This document shows positions 31,820 through 42,455 of a stretch of 64,000 bases of DNA, piece by piece. Position 1 is the first letter of the stretch, and every line of letters begins with the position of its first letter. Made by a program: the position numbers and the translations under genes. This DNA comes from Candidatus Thorarchaeota archaeon. Its GTDB lineage: Archaea; Asgardarchaeota; Thorarchaeia; Thorarchaeales; Thorarchaeaceae. The notes under the pieces were generated by a model. It searched no databases. It was not told the origin of the DNA and was given only the letters and a program-made list of their open reading frames with translations. The stretch spans positions 96,001 to 160,000 of the forward strand of contig CAVSBO010000016.1 of NCBI GenBank assembly GCA_963726195.1, read 5' to 3'.

Positions 31820-33305
31820 CTAGTACGAACGTGCAACGTATACAATGGCTTTCGCTGCCTTGCCACACACGATACAGGCCCCTGTTGCGGTCTCCTCGAC
31901 ATCAATTCGCGTGCCTCGGACCTCGCCACCGGTCTTGTTCTTGATTTCGTCGGCACAACTCAATCCGTCTGTTTCGGTCGTGCAGAACTGCACTCGTCCT
32001 ATCTTGCCCTTGTCCAACGCATCCTCGAGGGCACCAAGAGTCTCTGCTTCGACTATTAGGTTCTCGAACCTCGACTCGGCATCGGCTCTAAGAACATGAT
32101 CATAATCCGCACCCACTGCCTGAACCTTCTTCGCGAGTCCAACAAGTGCAGCAGTTTCTCGTTTCATCAAATCTCTTCTGAAAACCACTACCTTCTCTTG
32201 TTTCACTTCGCGTTGGCCGACCTCAACTCTGACCGGCACACCTTTCATTTCCCAGTAGTTATATTTCCAGCCCGGCGTTGCGTCCCGACTGTCAAGATAC
32301 ACTCTGATACCTGCATCGCGAAGTGTGTTTTCGATTTTCTGACAGTAGCCGGTCACATCGTCGGTGCTCTTGCCCTTAAGTATGGGGATAATCACAACCT
32401 GGTAAGGTGCGAGCTTGAAAGGCAGTCTGAGACCGTTGTCATCTCCATGGACTGATATCAGAGCACCATAGATTCTGGAGATGGCTGGCCCGTAGCAGGT
32501 CTGGAACGCGTACACTGTTTCGTTGTCCTCGTTGACGTACTTGATGTCAAAGGCCTTAGCAAAGTTGTCACCGAGATCGTGAGTCGAAGGGAGTTGCAGC
32601 ACTTTGCCATCTGGCATTAGTGTGTCGGCAGCATAGGTGTTGACGCCACCAGGGAACTTATCCCACTGCGTACGCCTGAACACCATTGTTGGAATGCCAA
32701 ACGCTTCCGTGACAACTTCCTTAGTGGTCTCGAGATCTTCCCTTACCTGTGCTTTTGCCTCCTCGTGAGTGGCAAACACATTGTGGCTCTCAATCCAAAG
32801 GAACTCCCGGCCCCTAAGAAAAGGCCTCGTGCTCTTTACTTCAGACCTGAACACTGTGCAGCGCTGGTATCTCTTCAGTGGCAGGTCACGCCAGCTTCGG
32901 ACCCAGAGTGAGTACATCGGATAAATCGCGGTTTCGCTCGTAGGCCTGAGAGCCAAGCGTTCCTCTAAGCTTCTCGCCTTCACCGAACTCACTTATCCAG
33001 AAGACTTGGGGAGTGAAACCTTGCACGTGGTGCGATTCTCTGGACAGGCTGCTTTCTGGGATTACAGTTGGGAACAGCATGGGAAGATGCCCTTTTCTTT
33101 GGAGGACTCCTTCAAGGATGTCGAACATGAGTTCCATGGTCATGACACTCCATGGCAGGAATGGTGTGAAGCCTTTCACACCGTACCTTATGTCAGCCAG
33201 TTCAGCAACCCTGCAAATCTCTCCGAACCAATCTGGAAAACTGTCCTTTTTGCTTATGTGAAAGATTGCCTCTTTTTCGCCCTGTGCAGCTTCCCCATCG
33301 GTCAT
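31820..33305 (-). CDS. proS: Proline--tRNA ligase (frameshift at about 32968)
   Basis: ALRPTSET, SWRDLP, PFLRGREFLW, HGDDNGL, C-terminal ARSY. Confidence 0.95.
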
Positions 33306-33467
33306 TGGTACTATCCTCTGGATTGATTGGTTGTGGAAGAACGTCTAGGATGAAGAAGTAGTCTGCTGTTAGTGCGGAACGCGCTCACCTAGCATGCTCG
33401 TTCACCATCGGAGGGTCGTCTGAATCTCGTATTTAAGCCAAACTGTTGGTAGTCTGGAAAGCGGGCT

Positions 33468-33989
33468 TCACCGTTTGATGGTCACTTCGCCGATTTCTCT
33501 GACCCGTTCATCGAGTTTCAGTTCCTTGATTATCTCAACCACGCCATCGGGCACAAGAGGTTCCCACTCGCCGCCCCATCTCATCAAATCGCGGATATGT
33601 CTGCCACTGTAAGTACTCCTCTCAAGCAGCCCCGTTTCATCCATTTGATATCCTGCATCCATCAGAAGTCTTCTCACAAGGGGATTGTGGCTGTACGCCT
33701 TGTCGACTCGTGGGATGAGTGACATTAGATGAGACACCCATAAGGGATGAATGCCGATGTCCGGCACAGGCACTATATCGATACGGTCGAGCGGGAGGCT
33801 TTCATCTATGATAGCACGCTTGAAGAACATCATTCTCTCACCCCCTGTGAAAGGGTTATCGGGAGTGTGAGAGTATTGCGCGCTGCCAATGGCAATTACA
33901 ACATCCTCTCCTCTGTCCAGTATCTGCCTTACAGTATGCATGTGACCATTGTGTACGGGCTGAAATCGCCCTACGAATAATGACCGCAT
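33468..33989 (-). CDS. nadM: Nicotinamide-nucleotide adenylyltransferase
   Basis: GRFQPVHNGH, GSAQYSHT, NPFTGGER. Confidence 0.93.
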   Translation of the reverse strand: MRSLFVGRFQPVHNGHMHTVRQILDRGEDVVIAIGSAQYSHTPDNPFTGGERMMFFKRAIIDESLPLDRIDIVPVPDIGIHPLWVSHLMSLIPRVDKAYSHNPLVRRLLMDAGYQMDETGLLERSTYSGRHIRDLMRWGGEWEPLVPDGVVEIIKELKLDERVREIGEVTIKR

Positions 33990-34151
33990 CCCAATCGTAT
34001 CTCGGTTTGACATGGACAGCAAATAAGCATTGGGCCGCTCCGAGGGCCAAGTCAGATGACCTAGTGTGGGCCCCTGTTAACTTCGCTGTCTGAATGGCAT
34101 ACCGAAGTTCTTAACCTCAAAACGCTCTCTCGAAATGGCGGTTCTCCGGAC

Positions 34152-35222
34152 ATGATGGATATTGACGGCTCATACGGCGAAGGTGGAGGGCAGATACTCC
34201 GTACCGCCGTGTCCTTGTCAGCACTTGCAATGCAACCAGTCCGGGTTGTCAAGATTCGTGCAGGCAGACCTCAACCGGGTCTGAAGAACCAACATATCGC
34301 GGCAGTCGAACTTACTGCAAAACTCGTGAAAGCGCGCGTAAGCGGTCTCAAAGTCGGCAGCACAGAGGTGCGGTTTGAACCCGTCGAAAGATGTGGCGGC
34401 GACTTCAGCTTTGATGTCGGTACAGCGGGGTCAATCTCGCTTGTTCTTCAGGCGGCGCTGCCTCCGGCAGTCCTATCAAGCGAGCCCGTCAGTTTTCACG
34501 TGACCGGAGGCACTGATGTCAGTTGGAGCCCGTCTATCGATTATATGCGAGAGATCTTTGTGAGGATACTCGGACGTATCGGGCTCGCAGTGAATCTGGT
34601 ACAAGAACGCCGAGGACACTATCCTGCAGGTGGTGGCAAGGTCTCCTGCATCGTCAGCACAAACAAGCAGATTCTTCCGCTAGATTTGGTCGACTTTGGA
34701 AGGCTGAGAGAGATTGGGGGCATATCACACTGCGTAAGATTGCCAGCTCATGTGGCTGACAGGCAGGCTGCTTCGGCAGAAGAGGCTCTTCGTGGTCAGC
34801 ACATTGAGAGTTTGCACATCACCCGGGAAAGCTATCCAAAGAACGCAGACCCTCATCTGGGCCCGGGTAGCGGTATTGTTCTCTGGGCGGAATCTGAAGG
34901 TGGAATGAGGTTAGGCTCTGATTCCTTGGGTGAGAGAGGCAAGAGCGCAGAGAAGGTAGGTTCGGAGGCTGCACAGGCCCTCCTTCACGAAATGGCCTCG
35001 GGAAAAGGCGTAGACTCACATCTCTGCGACATGCTTGTCCCTTACCTCGCCCTAGCCCCACGTGAGAGCCGAATCGGGGTTACAGAAATCACATCGCACC
35101 TGATGACAAACATCTGGGTGATTCAGCAGATTCTTGGCGTAGGGGTTGATGTTCAAGGAAAGATTGGGGAGCCCGGAATACTACGAATCCGAGGAGCTGG
35201 TCTGCCTCTGAGGGAGAGCTGA
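34152..35222 (+). CDS. rtcA: RNA 3'-terminal phosphate cyclase
   Basis: DGSYGEGGGQILR, RPQPGL, GGTDV, SHLMTN. Confidence 0.95.
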   Translation: MMDIDGSYGEGGGQILRTAVSLSALAMQPVRVVKIRAGRPQPGLKNQHIAAVELTAKLVKARVSGLKVGSTEVRFEPVERCGGDFSFDVGTAGSISLVLQAALPPAVLSSEPVSFHVTGGTDVSWSPSIDYMREIFVRILGRIGLAVNLVQERRGHYPAGGGKVSCIVSTNKQILPLDLVDFGRLREIGGISHCVRLPAHVADRQAASAEEALRGQHIESLHITRESYPKNADPHLGPGSGIVLWAESEGGMRLGSDSLGERGKSAEKVGSEAAQALLHEMASGKGVDSHLCDMLVPYLALAPRESRIGVTEITSHLMTNIWVIQQILGVGVDVQGKIGEPGILRIRGAGLPLRES

Positions 35223-36258
35223 GAGATACTTGCGCACTGACTCCTGCATCGATGTGAGGTCAACAGAATCAACTGCTTCTCTCATTCAGCTCTTGAACGC
35301 CAACGCCTTCAGATGCTACTAGTTCGCGAGCCCCGGGAACCCTAGACCTTGCGGCTTCAAGTCTATCAAGTGGTGTGATGTCTACTTTGTTGAAGACTAC
35401 AATCATTGGGCTCACGGCAAACATTCTCCGGACTTCGGTGTAGAGATTGTATTGCTCATCAAATGGCCATCCGCAAGTCTCCGATGGGTCCATCATGAAT
35501 ATCACGACATTCGCAAGATACTTGAGAGCCGCAATCGCCTGCCTCTCAATTTGGTTTCTTTTGCTCATGGGACGGTCGAGAATACCCGGCGTATCAACGA
35601 CCTGAATGACATTATTGTCGACTGTCATGTGCCCAACTATCACTTCACGCGTGGTGAAGGGATAGTACGCAATCTCGGGCTCGGCAGTTGACACGGCCTT
35701 CACGAGAGTTGACTTCCCAACATTGGGAAAGCCAGCGCACACAATCGTGGGCGAGTTGGGATTAACACCCGGTAGGGAGGCCATGAGTTTCTTCGCTTCG
35801 ATAATCGTATCCAAGTTCTTGGATGTCTGTCTCAAAAGCGAAGAGACCCGCCCTTTCGCAGCGCTACGAAATCTCTTGATTTGTTCAGGCCCCGTGGCAC
35901 GCTTCATCGCCACGATTTCCGAGCCGACTATCTTATCTATCAATGCAATGCAGTTGAAAACCGCTCCGAGAGCCTGCTTCAGCCTGTCAATACCGATGAG
36001 TATCTCCGCTAGCTCAAGATAGAATGGGTGGAGCCGCTCCAGAGATGGAAAGGTTTCAACTGCTTCTCTCAGCTTGGCCTTTACTTGGGCAGAGAACTCC
36101 TGAGTCCTAGAAATCTCCCGAATCCGTGTCCTCTCAAGTTTCGGTATTTTAAGGGAACTCTTTACGTTCTTGCGAACCGATCTGTTATGTGCAAACTCGA
36201 TAATCTCCTCTGAAGTCATTATTCGAGGCATATCAACGAATGGATTCAACGATGGCAT
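35181..36258 (-). CDS. NOG1-family GTP-binding protein (frameshift at about 35285)
   Basis: HPFY, GFPNVGKS, YPFTT, DTPG, NKVD. Confidence 0.92.
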
Positions 36259-36376
36259 CTCAAGACCGCTTCCAGAGGACTTATCAACAGAGCTGATTGA
36301 ACAAGTCAAAACGTTTTAAAAAGACCGCAACTGACCCTTTTGTTGTATCAGAATCCCGAAAGGAGAGCACACGACC

Positions 36377-36964
36377 ATGTCAATTCCAACCGGAGCAACC
36401 GTCGTCGGCATCAAGTGCAGCGACGGAGCAGTAGTGGCGACTGACTCACTGATAACTTGGGGCACATTCGTTTTGAGCGAAAAGGGCATCAAAGCATACA
36501 AGCTGACTGACACGATTGTCTTTGCATCCGCCGGTTTGACTTCTGATTACCAGATGCTCGTCAAGAGGCTTCAGGCACAGATTAAGCTGTATGAGCTCAG
36601 CGAGAAGAAACAGATCAGTGTGAAGGCGCTATCCAAGATGGTCGCAAACATCCTTTACGCGAGAAAGCTGGATCCTATGTATGTTCAACCCGTGATAGTA
36701 GGCATTGACAAGACCGGGCCAGTCCTCTACACACTGGACATGGGAGGGTCGCTTATTCCCGATGACTACACTGCTGCAGGCTCGGGGATGCAGACAGCAT
36801 ACGGTGTCCTTGAAAGAGAATACAAGCCCAATCTCACTGTGAAGGAAGCGGAAGATATAGCTATTCGTTCAGTCAAGGCAGCAATTGCTCGTGATGTTCA
36901 GTCCGGCGGAGAGATTCGAGTAATGTCTGTTACCGAGAAGGGCGTCGAAGAGAGAGCCGCCTAG
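36377..36964 (+). CDS. psmB: Proteasome beta subunit (Ala at the catalytic Thr1 position)
   Basis: TGATVVGIK, AGLTSD, AAGSG, ARDVQSG. Confidence 0.9.
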   Translation: MSIPTGATVVGIKCSDGAVVATDSLITWGTFVLSEKGIKAYKLTDTIVFASAGLTSDYQMLVKRLQAQIKLYELSEKKQISVKALSKMVANILYARKLDPMYVQPVIVGIDKTGPVLYTLDMGGSLIPDDYTAAGSGMQTAYGVLEREYKPNLTVKEAEDIAIRSVKAAIARDVQSGGEIRVMSVTEKGVEERAA

Positions 36965-36967
36965 ACA

Positions 36968-38248
36968 GTGCGTGTGCAATTTGTGAACAGGAATACACTC
37001 ATCTTCCGGTTTTACCAGCAGTCGCGTTATAGTGCGGCAGCCCTGCTCGGTGCTGTCGAAACGGACCTGAGATTAGCCTCCTTGAATGTACTCGTGCCGT
37101 CGAATTCTCCAGAGGACGCCATAAGAGCTTCATTGGAACAGGGACCGGTAACTATAGCGTACTCGGTCATGTCCTCGCAAGCGGCGAGGATTATTGAAGA
37201 GGTCAGAAGCATCAGGAGTAAGCATGGGGATGCAGTGACTCTGATAGCCGGTGGACCCCATGCCAGTGCAAGGCCTTGGGAGCTATTGGACGCCGGGTTT
37301 GACCATGTCGTGATAGGCGAGGGTGAGAAAACTTTTCCCGAAATCCTGTATCGACTAATGAACGGACTTGATGTCGCTGGAATCGAAGGCGTAGTATCAG
37401 AACACATGGAGATCTACCCCAGACCACATGATCTCCCAAGACTTACTCTCGATGAGTATCCACCTTTCGCAGTTGGTTTGAATATTGTGGGGCCAATAGA
37501 AGTCACACGAGGCTGTCCATTTGGCTGCAGGTTTTGCTGTACACCCTTCCTTGCTGGTACCGTCGTCAGACACAGATCTGTGGATTCGGTTGTACGATGG
37601 TTGAGTCTAGCAGTAGAAAAGAGACATTTCAAGAGGACTTGGTTCCTGTCTCCAAACGCACTCTCTTATGGTGGCCATGGAACAACTGCCGAACCCGAAC
37701 AACTGGAGAGCCTCCTTAATAGGACCACATCAGTGGACGGAATTGAAGGGGTATACTTTGGCTCTTTTCCGTCAGAGGTAAGACCTGAGTTTGTGAATCA
37801 GGGAATCCTAGAGATTCTGCGGCATTATACGGCAAACGAGACACTTCAGATTGGGCTACAGTCGGGCAGTGATAATGTACTGAAGAATGCCAACAGACGG
37901 CACACGGTTCAGCAAGGGTTGGACGCTGTCAGAATGGCTCTGGACTGTGGTTTCATTCCTCACGTGGACATGATCTTCGGCCTGCCAGGAGAAGAAGAGA
38001 ACGACCTCAAGGCCAGTCTCAATGTATGCGATGAAATGACAGACATGGGTGTGAAGATACATGCTCACGTATTCATGCCACTTCCCGGAAGCCCCTTTGA
38101 ACAAATGCCGCCAGGTCGTCTCGATGAAGAGACTCGCAAGTACTTGGGCAATCTTGCGAGACGCGGATTACTGACAGGGTCTTGGGGTGATCAAGAACAG
38201 ATTGGAAGAAGACTAGCTTCAGACTCCTCAAATCTTGGTTCAGGTTAG
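36968..38248 (+). CDS. B12-binding radical SAM protein (TIGR04013-like)
   Basis: AGGPHAS, GEGE, TRGCPFGCRFC, FPSEVRPE. Confidence 0.85.
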   Translation: MRVQFVNRNTLIFRFYQQSRYSAAALLGAVETDLRLASLNVLVPSNSPEDAIRASLEQGPVTIAYSVMSSQAARIIEEVRSIRSKHGDAVTLIAGGPHASARPWELLDAGFDHVVIGEGEKTFPEILYRLMNGLDVAGIEGVVSEHMEIYPRPHDLPRLTLDEYPPFAVGLNIVGPIEVTRGCPFGCRFCCTPFLAGTVVRHRSVDSVVRWLSLAVEKRHFKRTWFLSPNALSYGGHGTTAEPEQLESLLNRTTSVDGIEGVYFGSFPSEVRPEFVNQGILEILRHYTANETLQIGLQSGSDNVLKNANRRHTVQQGLDAVRMALDCGFIPHVDMIFGLPGEEENDLKASLNVCDEMTDMGVKIHAHVFMPLPGSPFEQMPPGRLDEETRKYLGNLARRGLLTGSWGDQEQIGRRLASDSSNLGSG

Positions 38249-38336
38249 CCTATCAGGGGTCTCATCGCTTTCCAACAGCATGACTCGCTTGGCCAAAACC
38301 TGATAAGATGTAAACGCCCGAGGGTCGCGAAGTAAC

Positions 38337-39305
38337 GTGAACACGGAGATGCTTCCTAAGCTCAGAGAGAAGCTCGCACGCCAGGGTTATGATATTCTGG
38401 GCGAGAGAGGAGCCTTCAAGGCGTGCCAGTGGCAGAAGAAGAGCCTACTACTGGGCGATGTGTGCTACAAACAACGATTCTATGGTATCGAGTCTCACAG
38501 GTGTATTCAGATTACGCCTCTCGTAGACAAGTGTAATCAGGAATGCCAGTTCTGTTGGCGGGTGACTCCATCTGATATCGGTGATAGCTGGAATCAGACT
38601 CATGTGTCTGAGTCCGAAGTCCTAGAGCCGAAGCAACTCCTCGATGCTGCCATCATGGCCAACCTTCGTTCGCTCGGAGGATTCAATCCAGAGATAGTGA
38701 ACGGCGTTTCAGAACAGAAATATCAAGAAGCTCGTGAACCAAGGCATGTGGCCATATCTCTGGCGGGTGAACCAACTCTATATCCAATGATCAGCGGTCT
38801 GATTGACGAAATCAAACGGAGGAGAATGACCTCGTTCTTGGTGACGAACGGTACGCGTCCCGAAGTCCTGAACAGGACTTCGCTTCCTACACAGCTTTAT
38901 GTCACACTGGCCGCTCCGGACGAGGAGACCTATAGAACTCTATGCAGACCGAAGGATCCTGATGGTTGGATGCGGCTGAAAGAAACACAGGTACTACTGT
39001 CGTCGCTCAAGTGTAGGCGAGTCAACAGACTCACGATGGTGGCAGGCCGAAACATGCACGATGTTAGGTCGTATGCAAGACTGATTTTGAAAGGCGAGCC
39101 AGACTACGTTGAAGTAAAGGGCTACATGTTTCTGGGTGCGTCAAGACATAGACTTGGCGTGGGCAATGCACCTTCACACCGGGACATACGGGCTTTTGCC
39201 GAAAAACTGTCTTCAATCACAGGGTACTACATTCTGGATGAGCAAGTTGAAAGCAGAGTCGTTCTCTTATCACGTGAGCCACAGATAGAAAGGATAAACG
39301 TATAG
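38337..39305 (+). CDS. taw1: 4-demethylwyosine synthase TYW1/Taw1
   Basis: CYKQRFYGIESHRC, CNQECQFCWR, AISLAGEPT, EVKGYM. Confidence 0.95.
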   Translation: MNTEMLPKLREKLARQGYDILGERGAFKACQWQKKSLLLGDVCYKQRFYGIESHRCIQITPLVDKCNQECQFCWRVTPSDIGDSWNQTHVSESEVLEPKQLLDAAIMANLRSLGGFNPEIVNGVSEQKYQEAREPRHVAISLAGEPTLYPMISGLIDEIKRRRMTSFLVTNGTRPEVLNRTSLPTQLYVTLAAPDEETYRTLCRPKDPDGWMRLKETQVLLSSLKCRRVNRLTMVAGRNMHDVRSYARLILKGEPDYVEVKGYMFLGASRHRLGVGNAPSHRDIRAFAEKLSSITGYYILDEQVESRVVLLSREPQIERINV

Positions 39306-39318
39306 TGAGGATACCAAG

Positions 39319-39960
39319 ATGGAACTGGAGAGCATTCTCGGGCCCATAAAGGCAGAAATAGACGCTGACGACACCATCCGTGAAAAAGCCTTGCCCCTTG
39401 CGAGGGAGGCTGTGAGGATATGTGGAGAGACAATAAAGCGAGCACATCGAAGTGAGTTTGCAGAAGCATCAAAACTGCTAGAAGAGTCTCGGAATCTCCT
39501 AAGCAAGGCCGCGGATGAAATATCACATAGTGAATTCATGTTGAGCTCAAGAGTGTTGGACGCAGCGTACCAGGAAATTGCGGAAGCAGCCAACGTTGTT
39601 TCTCTGCTCAGTGGCGGCTCATTTATCCCGCCAGATCAGATTGGGGTTCCGTCCAGGTCCTACCTCACGGGCCTCGCCGACGCAATTGGCGAACTTAGAC
39701 GCGCCGTACTTGACTGCTTGCGTGCGGATGATACAGCCCGCGCTGAGCGATTTCTTAGCCTAATGGAAGAAACATTGGAAGGCCTTCTCGGGTTCGACTT
39801 TCCCAACGCTTTGGTCCCCGATCTCAGGAGAAAGTGCGATGTAGCAAGGTCTTTGGTAGAACGCACTCGGGGAGACCTCACTGCAGGAGTGCAACAGATG
39901 AAGCTGGTTCAGGAGCTGAGGAAATTCGAGGAGCACATCAAGGATGTTCGCAAACGGTGA
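39319..39960 (+). CDS. Translin/Trax-family RNase
   Basis: YQEIAEA, YLTGLADAIGELRR, LRRKCD. Confidence 0.88.
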   Translation: MELESILGPIKAEIDADDTIREKALPLAREAVRICGETIKRAHRSEFAEASKLLEESRNLLSKAADEISHSEFMLSSRVLDAAYQEIAEAANVVSLLSGGSFIPPDQIGVPSRSYLTGLADAIGELRRAVLDCLRADDTARAERFLSLMEETLEGLLGFDFPNALVPDLRRKCDVARSLVERTRGDLTAGVQQMKLVQELRKFEEHIKDVRKR

Positions 39961-40612
39961 ACTGGCTCAGACACTGGCAGAGACTGCAATCCAACAGGAG
40001 ATCTTAGCTAGGAGAGTCGTCATGCACGATGACCCTCCATTTAGCGGGAAATTCATCACGGGTGTGGATGCCGCCTACACTTCGACCGAGGCCGTGGGTT
40101 GTGCCGTGGTCATGGATTTGGCCACACGTCAAACGACCCAAGTTAGAAAGGTGATAAGACCCTGTACTGCGCCCTACGTGCCCGGGTTCTTTCAGCTCCG
40201 CGAGGGACCCGTGGTAGAAGATGTCCTGAAAACAATCGATTGTGACGGGCCCATTCTGATCGATGGTAACGGGATTCTGCATCCGCGCAGACTGGGCTTG
40301 GCTTCATACGTGGGTGTAAGAGCGAACAAACAGACAATCGGCGTTGCGAAGGGGCTCTTGGTCGGGCAAATGGGGTCCCGGCACGGTGATACCGCACAGA
40401 TAGTTTATTCGGGAGAGACTGTCGGTTCGGCTCTTTGGTTAGGAAGTGGGAAGAGACCGGTATTTGTGTCAGTGGGACATAGAGTTGCTCTTGAGACTGC
40501 ATTGAGCATTGTTAGAGCCTGCTCGTTCTCTGGTTTTCCCGAACCGCTTCTTAGAGCTCACAAGATTGCAGAATCACTGACAAAGGATACGGAAAGAGGA
40601 ACGGCAAAGTGA
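39944..40612 (+). CDS. nfi: Endonuclease V
   Basis: GVDAAY, PYVPG..LRE, DGNGILHPR, GVAK, VSVGH. Confidence 0.95.
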   Translation: MFANGELAQTLAETAIQQEILARRVVMHDDPPFSGKFITGVDAAYTSTEAVGCAVVMDLATRQTTQVRKVIRPCTAPYVPGFFQLREGPVVEDVLKTIDCDGPILIDGNGILHPRRLGLASYVGVRANKQTIGVAKGLLVGQMGSRHGDTAQIVYSGETVGSALWLGSGKRPVFVSVGHRVALETALSIVRACSFSGFPEPLLRAHKIAESLTKDTERGTAK

Positions 40613-41290
40613 TAGATCCTGAGACATGGTTTACTCTGTACGCTCTGGCTCGAACAGGGGCCATGCACCAAAGGAGACTGCTTACGACCCGTCAGCTCGG
40701 TCAGCTCTTGGGCGTGAGCCAACAAACAGCGTCGCGACGAGTCACGCACTGCGTTGACATGGGATATCTGAGTAGAATACACACAGCTAATGGTATCACA
40801 GTGCAGCTGAACTGAGAAAGGTCGTAATGAGCTCTTGCAGGTGTTCAACGGCTTGGAGGTGGCCATCACCCCCACCGTCGAAGAGATCATAATTCAGGGC
40901 CAAGTTATGGATGGCTTGGGTGAAGGGGCCTACTACGTTGATGTCTACTCTTCACGCTTCAAGGAGGCATTGGGCTTCAGCCCATTTTCCGGAACTCTGA
41001 ACGTGAGAGTCTCAGACGAGGAATCACGGAAGGCAGTTGGAAGAATGAAGGACAGCCCACCCTTGGTTGTCAAGGGCTTCAATCTTGATGGCAGAACCTT
41101 CGGAGATGTCATCTGCTATAGAGTCAAAATCAACGAAAAGGCGGAGGGCGCGATTGTCATTGCGCAGAGGACGCACCATAGCCAAGATACGTTGGAGGTA
41201 ATCTCTCCGGTCAATCTGAGAAAGAAACTGAACTTGGGCTCGAATGATACCATAGTTCTCAGATTCGTTCCTCTACATCTGGCAACCTAG
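40609..41290 (+). CDS. ribK: wHTH + CTP-dependent riboflavin kinase (frameshift at about 40810)
   Basis: GVSQQTASR HTH; GLGEGAYY, GTLNV, LEVISPVNLR. Confidence 0.92.
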
Positions 41291-41292
41291 AC

Positions 41293-41970
41293 TTAGTATC
41301 CATACTCGCCTGTTAGAGGTACGAATGCGACGCCACCCCAGCTCTTGGTACTGATTTTCCCATCTGCGGTTTTCTTGAAAACCATCAACTCCTGATAGAA
41401 ACCACGCCCGCCAACGGGAACAAGCATAGTACCGTTCTTGGCAAGCTGTTCAAAGAGTGGTGGCGGCACAGATGGCGCAGCCGCTGTCACAAGGATACGG
41501 TCGAAGGGTGCCTGTTCTGGTAGGCCCCTTCCGCCATCACCGTGTGTCAGAGTGACCTTGCTACCATACCCCGTTCGTTCCAAGTTGGACCGTGCGAAAC
41601 CGATGAGGTCATCGACAATCTCGATTGTGTGGATATGGCCGACACTCCGAATACCTTCAGGGGCAACAATCTCTGCACAAAGGGCAGCATGATATCCGGA
41701 CCCTGCCCCCACCTCCAGCACCTTCATTCCCGACTCTAACTCCATTACCTCGCACATGATTACGCACATATGAGGTGCAGAAATCGTCTGTCCACAAAGA
41801 ATCGGAAGTGGAGTGTCAGAGTATGCCTCACTCCGCATCTCGGGCAGAACGAATTCCTCCCGAGGAACCTTCCTAAATGCACGCTCTACCTTCTCACTTC
41901 TAAGGTACCCGCTCATCTTCAACCGTTGGACAAGCCTTTCCTTCTCAGTATTCAGTCGGTCCGCGGGCAT
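41293..41970 (-). CDS. pcm: Protein-L-isoaspartate O-methyltransferase
   Basis: VPREEF, QTISAPHM, LEVGAGSGY, APFDRI. Confidence 0.95.
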   Translation of the reverse strand: MPADRLNTEKERLVQRLKMSGYLRSEKVERAFRKVPREEFVLPEMRSEAYSDTPLPILCGQTISAPHMCVIMCEVMELESGMKVLEVGAGSGYHAALCAEIVAPEGIRSVGHIHTIEIVDDLIGFARSNLERTGYGSKVTLTHGDGGRGLPEQAPFDRILVTAAAPSVPPPLFEQLAKNGTMLVPVGGRGFYQELMVFKKTADGKISTKSWGGVAFVPLTGEYGY

Positions 41971-42029
41971 ATGAACCGGTATGCGGTGTTATGTGCAATG
42001 ATAAAAGCCTTGAGAACACAAGAAAGGCC

Positions 42030-42455
42030 ATGCGGAGCGTTCGCTTTCGTGCAGCCGGACACGAGAACATCGTTGGCAAGCACGAAACTACCCTAGAGAT
42101 AACGAGGGAAAGCGACCTAACCAAACGAGGAACATGTGTAATCGGAGTCCGTGCAAGCCAAGCTCTCAGAGACTTGGACGATGAGATAAAAGATCTGGCG
42201 AGAAAAAGGGAGACCCGCATCTGCCTCAAGATGACTATTCACGGTCAGGTTGAGGAAGTGGAGGGCCGAGGTGACCCTGGACTCACATACACGGACAAGA
42301 CGAGTATGGTCGTGCGGAAAAGCGCGTACCTGTGCGGGCGCACAGTCTTCGTGAATGCTGACAAGGCGGCCTCAGATTTGGACCGCGACTTCGTACAGAA
42401 ACTCAGAGACTCCAGCGCTATACTTGAGTGCGAACTTCTCTATTTCAACGAATGA
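42030..42455 (+). CDS. DUF371 family protein
   Basis: GHENI..HETTLEIT, RGTCVIG, SMVVRKS, ADKAA. Confidence 0.85.
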   Translation: MRSVRFRAAGHENIVGKHETTLEITRESDLTKRGTCVIGVRASQALRDLDDEIKDLARKRETRICLKMTIHGQVEEVEGRGDPGLTYTDKTSMVVRKSAYLCGRTVFVNADKAASDLDRDFVQKLRDSSAILECELLYFNE

